From Gammaproteobacteria bacterium (GTDB lineage: Bacteria > Pseudomonadota > Gammaproteobacteria > Pseudomonadales > Porticoccaceae): a stretch of 64,000 nucleotides of DNA. How positions within the stretch are numbered: the stretch's first letter is position 1; each line of letters begins with the position of its first letter. The stretch covers positions 14,548 to 78,547 of the forward strand of contig JAGPUW010000016.1 of NCBI GenBank assembly GCA_018069465.1, written 5' to 3'. A program made the position numbers and the translations under genes. The notes beneath the pieces are model-generated. The model was not told the origin of the DNA. It ran no database searches and saw nothing but the letters and a program-made list of their open reading frames with translations. Positions 10,252 through 21,882 of this stretch are shown piece after piece.

Positions 10252-10594
10252 TGCTGATGGGTCTTCCTTTTTTGCAGTGGTTTAAGGGGGTTTTACGATG
10301 CTGAAAGCGGTTGCGGGCAAGGCTGTTCTGGTCGTGGGCTCAAGTCGCAAAAGCAGGTCGGGGATGGTATAGTGCGCGGCCGAAAAAGTCAGTCAGTTTG
10401 CGACTTTTTGAGCCCAGAGTACGGCACTTGTCGTGAAAAAAGTGGTCTTTTAGAGGAGCTTGTCTTTGCCGAGAGACTGCCTTTCTATGTCAGAGGTGGT
10501 AGCAATACTGGTCGTTGCAATCTGCGTCAAGTAATGGCTCAGGGCAGAGTGAAAAGAAGGGCGCGATAGATAGGCGTACGAAAATAAGGAAACG

Positions 10595-11287
10595 GTGATT
10601 ATGGTGGCAAAATTGTTACAGACAAAATTAGCAGTACTGGCCCTTTGCTGGGCAGGCTTGATGTTTGCCGGGCAGGCGCAGGCAAGCTGCACGGCACCCG
10701 TAGCGACAGCTGATGAGGCCGCCATTTCGCCCTATCAGCTAATAGCCACGGTCACGGATGAGGTGCTGGCAGAGATTGATCGCCACCGCGCAGAGCGCGA
10801 TGACAGTGCCGAGGAAGCGCTAAAAGAGCAGCAATTCGACTGCTTTGTTGCTCAGGTCGACAGGATTTTAGACAAGGTTGTCGCTTTTGACTGGATCGCT
10901 CTCAAGGTGATGGGCGGCTACGGCAAAGCGGCCAGTGCCGAGCAAAAAGCACAATTTGCCGAGGCTTTTCGCAACGGGCTGGTCGATACCTATGGCCGTG
11001 GGTTGTTGAGTTACAGCAGTGAGAAAATTGTCCTGCTGCCGGAAGAAGAGATCGGCGATAAGCGCAAGATTACCGTGCGCCAGCAGATAGTGGGCGCAGA
11101 GGCGACCTACCCCCTCGAATACACCATGGGTTTAAAGGACGGGCAGTGGAAAGTGCTTAACGTCGTTATCAATGGCATTAATCTGGGTAAAACTTTCAGG
11201 GGTCAATTCACCCAGTCGTCACAAAAGAACGCGGGTGATATTGATAAGGTTATCGCCAGTTGGGACAGTGGAATAAACAACGGATAA
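10595..11287 (+). CDS. MlaC/Ttg2D-family periplasmic phospholipid-binding protein (stand-alone)
   Basis: 230 aa with signal peptide LAVLALCWAGLMFAGQAQA. The core (FDWIALKVMGGYGKAASAEQKAQFAEAFRNGLVDTYGRGLLSY ... WKVLNVVINGINLGKTFRGQF) resembles the MlaC/toluene-tolerance Ttg2D family. The start is GTG 10595 or ATG 10601. Confidence 0.7.
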   Translation: MIMVAKLLQTKLAVLALCWAGLMFAGQAQASCTAPVATADEAAISPYQLIATVTDEVLAEIDRHRAERDDSAEEALKEQQFDCFVAQVDRILDKVVAFDWIALKVMGGYGKAASAEQKAQFAEAFRNGLVDTYGRGLLSYSSEKIVLLPEEEIGDKRKITVRQQIVGAEATYPLEYTMGLKDGQWKVLNVVINGINLGKTFRGQFTQSSQKNAGDIDKVIASWDSGINNG

Positions 11288-11290
11288 AAC

Positions 11291-11527
11291 ATGAATATTG
11301 AAGAAATAAAACGTTTATTGCAGGCCGCCCTGAGCGACTGTGATATTAGTGTTGAGAGCGAGGGTTCGCACCTGAATGTCACTGTCGTGGGTGATGTTTT
11401 TGAGGGCAAGCGCCCCGTGCAGCGCCAGCAGTTGGTTTATGGTGCCCTCAATGAGCAGATTGCCTCCGGAGCCGTGCACGCGGTGAACATGAAGCTCTGT
11501 ACTCCCGCCGAATGGCAGGCTGCTTGA
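11291..11527 (+). CDS. ibaG: BolA-family protein IbaG (YrbA)
   Basis: 78 aa with the BolA-like pattern (H..V.VV...F.GK..V.R...VY..L......G..HA). Lies immediately upstream of murA, as in E. coli and Pseudomonas. Confidence 0.75.
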   Translation: MNIEEIKRLLQAALSDCDISVESEGSHLNVTVVGDVFEGKRPVQRQQLVYGALNEQIASGAVHAVNMKLCTPAEWQAA

Positions 11528-11558
11528 CCGGAAAATTACCGGCCAGCGCTTTTCTTAG

Positions 11559-12920
<1,362 letters not shown>

Positions 12921-12965
12921 GACTGGTTTGCCCAGTTTTGGTGTATTAATGGAAGTGATTGAATC

Positions 12966-13628
12966 ATGAGTCAATTGACGATCGCGCTCACCAAGGGGCG
13001 CATTCTTAAAGAAACCCTGCCGTTATTGGCCGAGGTGGGCATTGTGCCCAGTGAAGATATTGCCAGCAGTCGCAAGCTGATGTTTGCCACCAACCGGGAT
13101 GATATTCGCCTGCTAGTGCTGCGCGGCACCGATGTGCCCACCTATGTGCAGTTTGGTGCCGCCGATCTCGGCATCGCCGGCAAGGACACGCTGCTGGAAA
13201 ACGGTGATGATGGTTACTACGAACCTATCGACCTGGGTATTTCCCGCTGTCGTTTAATGACGGCGGGCATGGTCGGTGCGGCCCCGGTAACAGGGCGCAT
13301 TCGCGTCGCTACCAAGTACGTCAATGTGGCGCGGCGCTACTATGCTGAAAAAGGTCTGCAGGCCGATATTATTAAACTCTACGGCGCCATGGAGTTGGCG
13401 CCGCTGATTGAGTTGTGCGATGAAATTGTCGATATCGTCGACACCGGTAATACCCTCAAGGCCAACGGGCTTGAGCCCCGGGAATTGATTGGCGATGTCA
13501 GCTCGCGGCTGATCGTCAACAAGGGGGCATTGAAAATTAAACACCAGCTCATTCAGCCCTTGCTTGAGGGTTTCAGTGCCCTGGTCGCGGCCCGAGAGCA
13601 ACGTGAAGGTGAGGTTGTTAGCGCGTGA
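12966..13628 (+). CDS. hisG: ATP phosphoribosyltransferase, short form HisG
   Basis: 220 aa, [21 protein letters not shown]..., with [14 protein letters not shown]. Its stop overlaps the hisD GTG (GTGA). Confidence 0.9.
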   Translation: MSQLTIALTKGRILKETLPLLAEVGIVPSEDIASSRKLMFATNRDDIRLLVLRGTDVPTYVQFGAADLGIAGKDTLLENGDDGYYEPIDLGISRCRLMTAGMVGAAPVTGRIRVATKYVNVARRYYAEKGLQADIIKLYGAMELAPLIELCDEIVDIVDTGNTLKANGLEPRELIGDVSSRLIVNKGALKIKHQLIQPLLEGFSALVAAREQREGEVVSA

Positions 13629-14926
13629 GTGAGCTCAAGCCGCTGAGGCTCGATGCCGGCGCTGCAGATTTTAGTGCCCACCTCGACCAGTTACTCGCCT
13701 GGCAGCCAGAGTTTGCCGATGGTGTGGCCGCGGTGGTCGCGGACATTATCGCCGCCGTGCGCAGCGAGGGCGACAAGGCCCTGCTGGAATACACCTGTCG
13801 CTTTGACCGGCGCGAGGTCGGCGCCATTGAGCAGCTGGAAGTTGGCAGCGCAGCGCTGCAGCAAGCGTTGGTCGAGCTGCCCGCCGAGCAGCGCCAGGCC
13901 CTTGAGATCGCCGCCGAACGCATTCTCCGCTATCACCAGCACCAGAGGCAGGAATCCTGGCAGTACAGTGAAGCTGACGGCACGGTGCTGGGCCAAAAGA
14001 TAACGCCCATGCAGCGGGTGGGCATTTATGTGCCCGGTGGTAAGGCTAGTTATCCCTCTTCGGTGCTGATGAATGCCCTGCCGGCAAAAGTCGCTGGCGT
14101 CGATGAGATCATCATGGTGGTGCCCGCGCCGGACGGCGAATTAAATCCCGCTGTGTTGGCCGCCGCTGCCATTGCCGGTGTCGACAGAGTGTTTACTGTC
14201 GGGGGTGCCCAGGCTGTGGCTGCACTGGCCTACGGTACGCAATCTATCCCTAAGGTCGACAAGGTGGTTGGCCCCGGCAATATTTATGTCGCCACTGCAA
14301 AAAAGGCTGTGTTTGGCGAAGTGGGTCTGGACATGGTTGCCGGACCCTCGGAAATCTTGGTGATCTGCGATGGGCTGACAGAGCCCGACTGGATCGCCAT
14401 GGATCTGTTTTCCCAGGCCGAGCACGACGAACAGGCGCAGGCGATTTTAATCAGCCCCGATGCCGACTTCCTGCAGGCTGTACTGGCAAGCATGGAAAAG
14501 TTACTGGCCGAAATGCCCCGGCGCGAAATTATCAAAGCCTCGATTAATGGCCGGGCGGCTTTAATTAAAGTGGCCGATCTTGACGAGGCGGCGCGCATTG
14601 CCAATCGCATTGCGCCGGAACACCTGGAATTATCAGTGGCCGATCCCGAGGCCATGCTCGCCGATATTCGCCATGCCGGTGCGATTTTTATGGGCCGTCA
14701 CACGCCGGAGGCACTGGGTGATTACTGCGCCGGCCCCAACCACGTGTTGCCGACCTCGACCACGGCGCGTTTTTCATCGCCACTGGGGGTGTACGACTTT
14801 CAAAAGCGCACCTCGCTGATTGCCTGCTCTGCGGAGGGGGCGGCGAAACTGGCCGACACCGCTGCCGTGCTGGCGCGCTGTGAATCCCTCGAAGCCCATG
14901 CGCGCTCGGCGGACTATCGGCGCTAG
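13625..14926 (+). CDS. hisD: Histidinol dehydrogenase HisD
   Basis: 433 aa with motifs [20 protein letters not shown] and [13 protein letters not shown]. Confidence 0.95.
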   Translation: MSELKPLRLDAGAADFSAHLDQLLAWQPEFADGVAAVVADIIAAVRSEGDKALLEYTCRFDRREVGAIEQLEVGSAALQQALVELPAEQRQALEIAAERILRYHQHQRQESWQYSEADGTVLGQKITPMQRVGIYVPGGKASYPSSVLMNALPAKVAGVDEIIMVVPAPDGELNPAVLAAAAIAGVDRVFTVGGAQAVAALAYGTQSIPKVDKVVGPGNIYVATAKKAVFGEVGLDMVAGPSEILVICDGLTEPDWIAMDLFSQAEHDEQAQAILISPDADFLQAVLASMEKLLAEMPRREIIKASINGRAALIKVADLDEAARIANRIAPEHLELSVADPEAMLADIRHAGAIFMGRHTPEALGDYCAGPNHVLPTSTTARFSSPLGVYDFQKRTSLIACSAEGAAKLADTAAVLARCESLEAHARSADYRR

Positions 14927-15021
14927 CTTTCTGGCATTGGCTTGTCGGCGCCATTGTTTTTGCACTACTGTTTTAGCACTACGTTTTTATTCATTAAAGA
15001 GTAGTAATCAGAGAGAAATCT

Positions 15022-16083
15022 ATGACCCGGCGCCTGTGGAGTGATTTTGTCAGTGAACTCGAACCCTATGTGCCGGGTGAGCAACCCCGCGTCGATAATC
15101 TGGTCAAGCTCAATACCAACGAAAACCCCTATGGCCCATCGCCCCGGGTTGGCGAGGCGATAAGAGCCGAGTTGGGCGATGAGCTGCGTCTCTATCCCCC
15201 GCCCAATGCCGACCGCTTAAAGCAGGCGATTGCCGACTATCACGACGTCGATGTTAATCAGGTTTTTGTCGGCAACGGGTCTGACGAGGTGCTGGCCCAC
15301 GCCTTTAACGGTCTGTTTCGCCACGGCGCGCCGGTGCTATTCCCCGACATTACCTACAGCTTTTATCCGGTTTATTGCGGCCTTTACGGTATTGAAGAGC
15401 GCAGAATTCCTTTGACGGACAGTTTTGAAATTGCCGTGGAAGATTATGCCGTGGCCAATGGCGGCATAATCTTCCCCAACCCCAATGCGCCAACCGGGCG
15501 CCTGCTGCCCCTCGATAAAATTGAATCCTTGTTGCGCAGCAATCCCGACTCAGTGGTATGTGTGGATGAGGCCTATATCGATTTTGGTGGCGACAGCGCG
15601 ATCAGTTTAGTTGATAAATTTGATAACCTGCTGGTGATTCAAACCCTGTCGAAGTCGCGCTCGCTGGCGGGTCTAAGACTGGGTTTTGCGATTGCACACC
15701 CGGAGATTATTGAAGCCCTTGAGCGCATTAAAAACAGCTTTAATTCTTATCCGGTGAGTCGTTTGGCCATCGCCGGGGGGGTCGCCGCTTTCGCCGATGA
15801 GGCGTACTTTAAGCAGACCTGCGAGGCGGTGATTGCCAGTCGTGTGACACTGGTCGAGGCCCTTGAAAAACTCGGCTTTGAGGTGCTCCCCTCCGCCGCA
15901 AACTTCGCCCTGGCGCGCCACCCCGATTACAGTGGTGAGCATTTAATGGCGGCCTTGCGTGAGCGCAATATTATTGTGCGTCACTTTAGCGCGGCGCGTA
16001 TCGAGCAGTTTCTGCGCATCACCGTCGGCACGCCGCAGCAAATTGCCCTGTTGCTCGCGGCCCTGGACGATATTATTGCCTGA
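15022..16083 (+). CDS. hisC: Histidinol-phosphate aminotransferase HisC
   Basis: 353 aa with [12 protein letters not shown] at the N-terminus and the PLP-lysine motif [15 protein letters not shown]. Confidence 0.9.
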   Translation: MTRRLWSDFVSELEPYVPGEQPRVDNLVKLNTNENPYGPSPRVGEAIRAELGDELRLYPPPNADRLKQAIADYHDVDVNQVFVGNGSDEVLAHAFNGLFRHGAPVLFPDITYSFYPVYCGLYGIEERRIPLTDSFEIAVEDYAVANGGIIFPNPNAPTGRLLPLDKIESLLRSNPDSVVCVDEAYIDFGGDSAISLVDKFDNLLVIQTLSKSRSLAGLRLGFAIAHPEIIEALERIKNSFNSYPVSRLAIAGGVAAFADEAYFKQTCEAVIASRVTLVEALEKLGFEVLPSAANFALARHPDYSGEHLMAALRERNIIVRHFSAARIEQFLRITVGTPQQIALLLAALDDIIA

Positions 16084-16093
16084 GAGGTTTGTA

Positions 16094-16120
16094 CTTAAAG
16101 TTGCTTAAAGCGGCTTAAAG
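16094..16120. repeat. Three CTTAAAG heptamers spaced exactly 10 bp apart
   Basis: Read directly: gtaCTTAAAGttgCTTAAAGcggCTTAAAGtcg, in the 41-bp convergent gap between the hisC stop (16083) and the protease stop (16125). Confidence 0.8.
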
Positions 16121-16124
16121 TCGT

Positions 16125-17261
16125 TTAGCTCTCTGGGCGAATGCCCGCGATAGCCTTAATCGTCAACCAGATATCTTTGCGAATAATCCGTAGCTCGATG
16201 GTGTCACCCGGTGCCAGATCGGCAATCAGGTTGATTTCACTGGAGCCATCGCTGACGGCCTGACCGTTGATGTGGGTGATAATATCGCCCGGTTGCAGGC
16301 CGCTGTTATAGGCCGGTCCATAGATGGGCACGGCGGTGATAATCAGCGCCGAGGGCGGGGATAACTCTAATTGGGCGGCGATGGGCGGGGCCAGTTGTTG
16401 CACCTCGACACCGAGCCAGCCGCGAATAACCCGACCGTGGGTAATGATGTCGTCCAGCACTTTAATCGCCATGTCGGTGGGAATGGCAAAGCCAATGCCG
16501 ACAAAAGAGGTTTCGTTCAGCGTTGCGGAATTGATACCGACCAGATTGCCGTAGGCATCGATCAGTGCGCCCCCAGAGTTGCCGGGATTAATAGCAGCGT
16601 CGGTTTGCAGGTAATTTTCGTAGCGATTAAGGCTTAGGCCACTGCGCCCGGTGGCGCTGATAATGCCCTGGGAGACCGACTGACCGATACCAAAAGGGTT
16701 GCCGATGGCCAGCACAATATCGCCAACTTCGGCCCTGGTTTGGCTATCGCGGATGGCGCGGGGGATGGCAGTGAGCTGGTCGAGATCTATTTTCAGTACG
16801 GCGAGGTCGGAGTCTTTATCGGTGCCGACAATACTGGCGCGGGCCTCGCGCCCATCATAAAGCAGCGCCACGACTTCTTCGGCGCCTGCCACCACGTGGT
16901 TGTTAGTCAGAATAAAGCCGCGCTCGTCGACAATCACCCCGGAGCCGAGAGAAGATTCCATGCGCTGTCTTTGCGGCATATTGCTGCCGCCGATAAAGCG
17001 TTGGAAAACCGGGTCGTCAGCCAGGGGATGGCTGGCTCGGGTGCGGGTGTAAATGTTGACCACTGAGGGCGCAGCCTTGCGCACTGCGGCGGCGTAGGAG
17101 GTCACCAGGTTCGACGTTGGCCGTGGCAGTATTGTTTGCGAGACGAGGTTTTGTGTTGCCGAGGGGCTATTGCTAATAAATTGCGGGAAGAGTGCAGTGA
17201 CGACAGCCGCGATGATAAGACCAAGTAGGGTTGGCCAGCCGAAATATCGTAATATTCGCAA
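16125..17261 (-). CDS. DegS/AlgW-type periplasmic serine endoprotease (trypsin-like plus one PDZ domain)
   Basis: 378 aa with an N-terminal anchor WPTLLGLIIAAVVTALF, catalytic motifs TNNHVV, DLAVLK and GNSGGAL, and a single C-terminal PDZ. Apparent TTG start, so the start is uncertain. Confidence 0.8.
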   Translation of the reverse strand: MRILRYFGWPTLLGLIIAAVVTALFPQFISNSPSATQNLVSQTILPRPTSNLVTSYAAAVRKAAPSVVNIYTRTRASHPLADDPVFQRFIGGSNMPQRQRMESSLGSGVIVDERGFILTNNHVVAGAEEVVALLYDGREARASIVGTDKDSDLAVLKIDLDQLTAIPRAIRDSQTRAEVGDIVLAIGNPFGIGQSVSQGIISATGRSGLSLNRYENYLQTDAAINPGNSGGALIDAYGNLVGINSATLNETSFVGIGFAIPTDMAIKVLDDIITHGRVIRGWLGVEVQQLAPPIAAQLELSPPSALIITAVPIYGPAYNSGLQPGDIITHINGQAVSDGSSEINLIADLAPGDTIELRIIRKDIWLTIKAIAGIRPES

Positions 17262-17446
17262 GGTCTAAGATCCGCTGATAGTTTCTCAATTGTTGGTGCT
17301 ATTATGGCACACCCCGGAACGACCCTGCCTGCGATCATTGAACGTCGGCGCGAAACAGTTTTTATGCCCCTTTGCGGCACGCAATGGGGTGAGAAAATTG
17401 CCGTAATTGGCAATTAAGTCATTAGCAACTAACAGAGAGTGAAAAT

Positions 17447-18664
17447 ATGAGTGGTCTTGTTAAACCCCACGGCAGTGATGTCTTACTACCGCTACTGCTG
17501 GAAGGCGAAGCGCTGGCAGCGGCAAAGGCGCGGGCGCAAAGCCTGCCCAAAGTGATATTGGCCTCCCGCGAGGTGGGTGACCTGATTATGTTGGGCATCG
17601 GCGGTTTCACACCACTCGACGGTTTTATGGGCAAGGCAGACTGGCAGGGCGTTTGCGATAACATGCACACCGCCAGTGGTCTGTTCTGGCCAATCCCTAT
17701 CACCCTGTCGATAGCTCAGGCTCAGGCCGACGAGCTGGAGCTGGGCACTGAAGTGGCTCTGGTCGATGGTGAAACGGACGAAGTGATGGGCCTGCTGACG
17801 GTCTCTGAAAAGTACAGCATTGATAAAAATCACGAGTGTCAGCAGGTGTTTAAAACCACCGACGCCGCCCACCCCGGTGTTGCCATGGTGATGAACCAGG
17901 GCGATGTCAATCTGGCGGGCAAGGTTGAGGTGTTCTCCCAGGGCGGCTTCCCGAGCAAGTACCAAGGGGTCTATATGACGCCAGCGCAAACGCGCGAACT
18001 GTTTGACGCCAAGGGCTGGACGACCATTGCCGCCTTCCAGACCCGCAACCCGATGCACCGCTCTCACGAGTATCTGGCGAAGATTGCCATCGAAATTTGC
18101 GATGGCGTCATGGTGCACTCGCTGCTGGGTAAGCTGAAGCCGGGGGATATTCCCGCCGAAGTGCGCCAGGAGGCCATCAGCACCTTAATCGAAGAGTATT
18201 TTGTCGACAACACCGTAGTACAGTCGGGTTATCCACTGGACATGCGCTATGCCGGCCCCCGCGAGGCGCTATTACACGCCTTATTCCGTCAAAACTACGG
18301 TTGCTCGCACTTGATTGTCGGCCGTGATCACGCCGGTGTTGGCGACTACTACGGCCCCTTTGATGCCCACCATATCTTTGATGAAATCCCCAAAGATGCG
18401 ATGCAGACCGTACCGCTGAAAATCGACTGGACCTTCTGGTGTAATCGCTGCGAGACCATGGCTTCGATGCGCACCTGCCCCCACGGTGCAGACGACCGCG
18501 TGCTGGTGTCGGGTACCAAATTGCGCAAGGCCTTGTCAGAAGGTGGTGAGGTTGAGGAAAATTTCTCCCGTCCCGAGGTGCTGGATGTTTTGCGTAAGTA
18601 CTACGCCGGTTTGAGTGATGAGGACAACGTTGAGGTTAAGTTGTCGGGGCACTCCGCTACTTAG
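17447..18664 (+). CDS. sat: Sulfate adenylyltransferase (homo-oligomeric ATP sulfurylase, Sat type)
   Basis: 405 aa with [13 protein letters not shown] (HxxH-type nucleotidyltransferase motif) and [17 protein letters not shown]. Confidence 0.85.
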   Translation: MSGLVKPHGSDVLLPLLLEGEALAAAKARAQSLPKVILASREVGDLIMLGIGGFTPLDGFMGKADWQGVCDNMHTASGLFWPIPITLSIAQAQADELELGTEVALVDGETDEVMGLLTVSEKYSIDKNHECQQVFKTTDAAHPGVAMVMNQGDVNLAGKVEVFSQGGFPSKYQGVYMTPAQTRELFDAKGWTTIAAFQTRNPMHRSHEYLAKIAIEICDGVMVHSLLGKLKPGDIPAEVRQEAISTLIEEYFVDNTVVQSGYPLDMRYAGPREALLHALFRQNYGCSHLIVGRDHAGVGDYYGPFDAHHIFDEIPKDAMQTVPLKIDWTFWCNRCETMASMRTCPHGADDRVLVSGTKLRKALSEGGEVEENFSRPEVLDVLRKYYAGLSDEDNVEVKLSGHSAT

Positions 18665-18690
18665 TGATTTGCTGATTGACCAACTGACAT

Positions 18691-18721
18691 AAAAAAGCCG
18701 GGTAACTTGCCCGGCTTTTTT
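18691..18721. terminator. Bidirectional rho-independent terminator between sat and the yhcB-like gene
   Basis: aaaaaaGCCGGGtaacttgCCCGGCtttttt: a GC stem flanked by an A-run and a T-run, between convergent genes. Confidence 0.8.
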
Positions 18722-18747
18722 ATGTGTGGCTGCAGCTCAAACCATTG

Positions 18748-19254
18748 CTAAGCGACCTTGGTGGTGGGGTCTTCTTCTTCGCTATGGCTCTCGCTGTCTT
18801 CCGCCGACGGGGCTTCAGACGTCTTGGCCTGGTTTTTTTCCAGGCCGTAGCTTTCGTCGAGAATGCCGTTGATGTCCGGCGTGTAGTCTTTCGGAGGTTG
18901 CGGGCTGTCTATGGTGTGCTCATCTGTCGAATGAGAGATGCTCAAATTACCGGAGCCAGCCTCCAGTAATTTATTGCTGACCTCTGGATTGGTCAGTGTC
19001 ATGGCGCTAGCGGCGAGGTGCTGGTGCACCTCTTTGTAACTGTGAGTCAGGTTGTTGACCAATTCGGAGGTGGTGATGAAATGATCAGTCACCTTGTGCT
19101 GGTAAGTTTTCAACTCCTCGTCTTTTTGGCGCAGCTCTTCAGTCAGTGTGCGGCGCTGCTTGGTGGCACCGGAGAGGGTGCGACCAATGATAGTGCCGAT
19201 GACGAGGCCGACGGCAAGGCTGGCCAATGCTATGGTGGTGGGGTCTGTGGGCAC
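18748..19254 (-). CDS. YhcB/ZapG-like (DUF1043) inner-membrane protein with an acidic C-terminal extension
   Basis: 168 aa from a GTG start. It has an N-terminal TM (IALASLAVGLVIGTIIG) and then a helical segment (LTEELRQKDEELKTYQHKVTDHF..TSELVNNLTHSYKEVHQHL) typical of YhcB. It lies near zapE-rplM-rpsI, as in E. coli. Confidence 0.6.
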   Translation of the reverse strand: MPTDPTTIALASLAVGLVIGTIIGRTLSGATKQRRTLTEELRQKDEELKTYQHKVTDHFITTSELVNNLTHSYKEVHQHLAASAMTLTNPEVSNKLLEAGSGNLSISHSTDEHTIDSPQPPKDYTPDINGILDESYGLEKNQAKTSEAPSAEDSESHSEEEDPTTKVA

Positions 19255-19420
19255 GCTGGTACTTCCTTTTGTGTATGCGAATAGGTGGGGATTCTATCTT
19301 GAACAGAGCGCAGGTTGAATAGCTGGGCGATGAAAATTTATGCTTGCCCTGTAACAGCGGCTTGCTGGGAGTGGCTTGGCGGGTGTTGGCTTAAATGTCT
19401 ATTGCTTGGGACGTCAAATA

Positions 19421-20071
19421 ATGAGTAAAAAAATGCAAGTCGCGATAGCGGGTGCGGCGGGTCATATTGAGGCTGTGCTTGAGGCGGGCCAGGCCGATGC
19501 TACTTTCAGTGGCGGTGACTATGTGGCGGTAATCTGCCATCCCCATCCGCTGTACGGCGGCACTATGGACAATAAGGTTGTGACGACGCTGGCGAGAGTT
19601 TATCGCGAGCTGGGCATTACCTCCCTGCGCTTTAACTTTCGTGGCGTGGGTGCCAGTGAGGGCGAGCACGACGAGGCGCGGGGTGAGGTTGATGACCTGT
19701 GTCGGGTCAGCGAGTGGTTGCTGGCGCAGTATCCAGGCAGTCAGCTATTGCTGGCAGGCTTTTCTTTTGGCTCGGCCATTGTCGCCGCAGCCAGTGAGCG
19801 CCTCGCGGTGGCGCAGATGATTCTTATTGCACCGCCGGTGATGCGTTACAGCTACGCGCCGACGGGGGTGTTTACTTGCCCGGTGATCGCGGTGCTCGGC
19901 GAGCAGGATGAGCTGGTGGAGACCGCGAGTGTGCTGCCATGGCTGGAATCTCTCGACTCACCCGTGTCGACGATGGTTATTCCTGAGGCGAGTCACTTCT
20001 TTCACGGCCAATTGAACACGCTGCGTGAAAAGCTGGGCGCCGCTTTGAGCCGCTCATTGGGGGCGCTATAA
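19421..20071 (+). CDS. Alpha/beta-fold hydrolase (uncharacterised family)
   Basis: Start taken at ATG 19421 (MSKKMQVAIAG...). Contains CHPHPLYGGTMDNKVV, RFNFRGVGASEG and the nucleophile-elbow-like GFSFGS motif. Confidence 0.6.
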   Translation: MSKKMQVAIAGAAGHIEAVLEAGQADATFSGGDYVAVICHPHPLYGGTMDNKVVTTLARVYRELGITSLRFNFRGVGASEGEHDEARGEVDDLCRVSEWLLAQYPGSQLLLAGFSFGSAIVAAASERLAVAQMILIAPPVMRYSYAPTGVFTCPVIAVLGEQDELVETASVLPWLESLDSPVSTMVIPEASHFFHGQLNTLREKLGAALSRSLGAL

Positions 20072-20155
20072 GAGGGGCGAGTAGGGGGGGGGCATAAGAG
20101 GGCGGGCGAGGCTTGCGCAGTTCCAGCGGCACGAGTAGAGTGGCCGCCCTGAACA

Positions 20156-20203
20156 CATGCCATCTTTAAATCATGTCACCTTCAACTCATGCCCTCTTTA
20201 ACT
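20156..20203. repeat. Three tandem imperfect 16-bp repeats directly upstream of zapE
   Basis: The three units are CATGCCATCTTTAAAT, CATGTCACCTTCAACT and CATGCCCTCTTTAACT at 20156-20171, 20172-20187 and 20188-20203. The array ends 18 nt before the zapE ATG. Confidence 0.8.
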
Positions 20204-20221
20204 ACAGCTAGTTTTTAATCG

Positions 20222-21322
20222 ATGTCTTCTTCCCCCCTACGGCGCTATGAAAAAGATTTACAGCAGCAAGGCTTTGTTGCCGACGCGGCGCAGCGGCGGG
20301 CTGTGGAAAAACTGCAGTCTGTCTACGAGCAATTAATAGCGGCGGGCGAGGTGAAGAGCGGTCTGTTTGATCGTCTGCGCGGGCGACAGCGACAGGAACC
20401 GGTTAAAGGGCTGTATTTCTGGGGTGGCGTGGGGCGGGGTAAAACCTACCTGATGGACAACTTTTACGAAAGTTTGCCCTTCGAGAAAAAAATGCGCGTG
20501 CATTTTCATCGCTTTATGCGCCGCGTACATCGCGATCTCACCCAGCACAGCGGTGTGAAGAACCCACTGGAGAAGGTGGCGGAGGGTATCGCTAGAGATG
20601 CGCGGGTTATTTGCTTTGATGAGTTTTTTGTTGCCGATATCACCGATGCGATGATTTTGGGCGGCTTGATGGAGCAGCTTTTTGCGCGTGGGGTAACCTT
20701 GATTGCGACCTCGAATATTGTGCCCGACAACCTTTACACGAATGGTCTGCAGCGCCAGCGCTTTTTGCCGGCAATAGCCCTGGTCAAGCACCACTGTGAA
20801 GTGGTGAATGTCGATAGCGGCACGGATTATCGTCTGCGGGCGCTTGAACAGGCTGAGCTATTTCACTCGCCACTGGATGAGCAGGCAGAAGTCTCACTGC
20901 ACAGTACCTTCGATAGTTTGCTGCCGGCGCGGGAGGAAATGCGTGAAAATGTCGCGCTGGAGGTAGAGGGGCGCGATATCCCCTGTCGCTTTGTCGCCGA
21001 GGATGTCGTCTGGTTTGATTTCAAGGCACTGTGCGATGGGCCGCGCAGCCAGAGTGACTACATTGAGTTGGCGCGGGAGTTTCATGCGGTGCTGGTGAGT
21101 GATGTGCCGCAGCTGGGTCGCGACAGTGAAGATCAGGCGCGCCGCTTTATCAGCTTGATTGATGAGTTTTACGATCGCAACGTCAAGCTGGCGATGTCGG
21201 CTGCAGTACCTCTTGAAGGGCTCTATAATGGCGGGAATTTGGCCTTTGAGTTTCAGCGTACTTTGAGCCGCTTGCTGGAAATGCAATCCCATGATTATCT
21301 GGCTCAAGCGCATCGGCCTTGA
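20222..21322 (+). CDS. zapE: Cell division protein ZapE (AFG1-like ATPase, YhcM)
   Basis: 366 aa with Walker A WGGVGRGKTYLMD and Walker B VICFDEFFV. Conserved position upstream of rplM-rpsI. Confidence 0.85.
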   Translation: MSSSPLRRYEKDLQQQGFVADAAQRRAVEKLQSVYEQLIAAGEVKSGLFDRLRGRQRQEPVKGLYFWGGVGRGKTYLMDNFYESLPFEKKMRVHFHRFMRRVHRDLTQHSGVKNPLEKVAEGIARDARVICFDEFFVADITDAMILGGLMEQLFARGVTLIATSNIVPDNLYTNGLQRQRFLPAIALVKHHCEVVNVDSGTDYRLRALEQAELFHSPLDEQAEVSLHSTFDSLLPAREEMRENVALEVEGRDIPCRFVAEDVVWFDFKALCDGPRSQSDYIELAREFHAVLVSDVPQLGRDSEDQARRFISLIDEFYDRNVKLAMSAAVPLEGLYNGGNLAFEFQRTLSRLLEMQSHDYLAQAHRP

Positions 21323-21445
21323 GTGCTTTTGATTTTAAGTAAGGTTTCTCTATTAAACACGTAATCTTTGCTTGAACTTCCGCTCTCTCATCGGTAGAAT
21401 TCGCGCTCTTTTCTGGGAGCCACCTGATTTCAGGTAACGATTCAA

Positions 21446-21874
21446 ATGAAAACATTTAGCGCGAAGCCCGAAACAGTTCAGCATGATTGGTTTGTAGTCG
21501 ACGCCGCAGAGAAAACTCTGGGTCGACTGGCAAGTGATATTGCAACGCGTCTGCGTGGCAAGCATAAGCCCGAATACACGCCCCATGTTGATACAGGTGA
21601 CTATATTGTCGTGGTCAACGTCGAAAAAGTACGTGTCACAGGCAAGAAAGCGACCGACAAAATGTATTACCACCACACTGGGTTTCCCGGTGGTATCAAG
21701 TCAATCAGCTTTGAGAAGTTGATGGATAAAGCGCCAGAGCGCGCGCTTGAGAAGGCGGTGAAGGGAATGTTGCCAAAGGGTCCTCTGGGCCGGGCAATGT
21801 TTAAAAAATTAAAAGTGTATATCGGAGATGTGCATCCCCACACTGCACAGCAACCGAAAGCACTGAATATTTAA
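21446..21874 (+). CDS. rplM: 50S ribosomal protein L13
   Basis: 142 aa, [49 protein letters not shown]. Confidence 0.97.
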   Translation: MKTFSAKPETVQHDWFVVDAAEKTLGRLASDIATRLRGKHKPEYTPHVDTGDYIVVVNVEKVRVTGKKATDKMYYHHTGFPGGIKSISFEKLMDKAPERALEKAVKGMLPKGPLGRAMFKKLKVYIGDVHPHTAQQPKALNI

Positions 21875-21882
21875 CGGGACGC

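Noticed and set aside
10372-10569. A 65-aa ORF in the yrbG-mlaC spacer, and the weak hairpin aaaagtc...gactttt near 10385-10410
   Set aside because: There is no RBS or motif support for the ORF. The hairpin is short and AT-rich, with no adjacent U-run. This is not enough to call a small gene, riboswitch or terminator.
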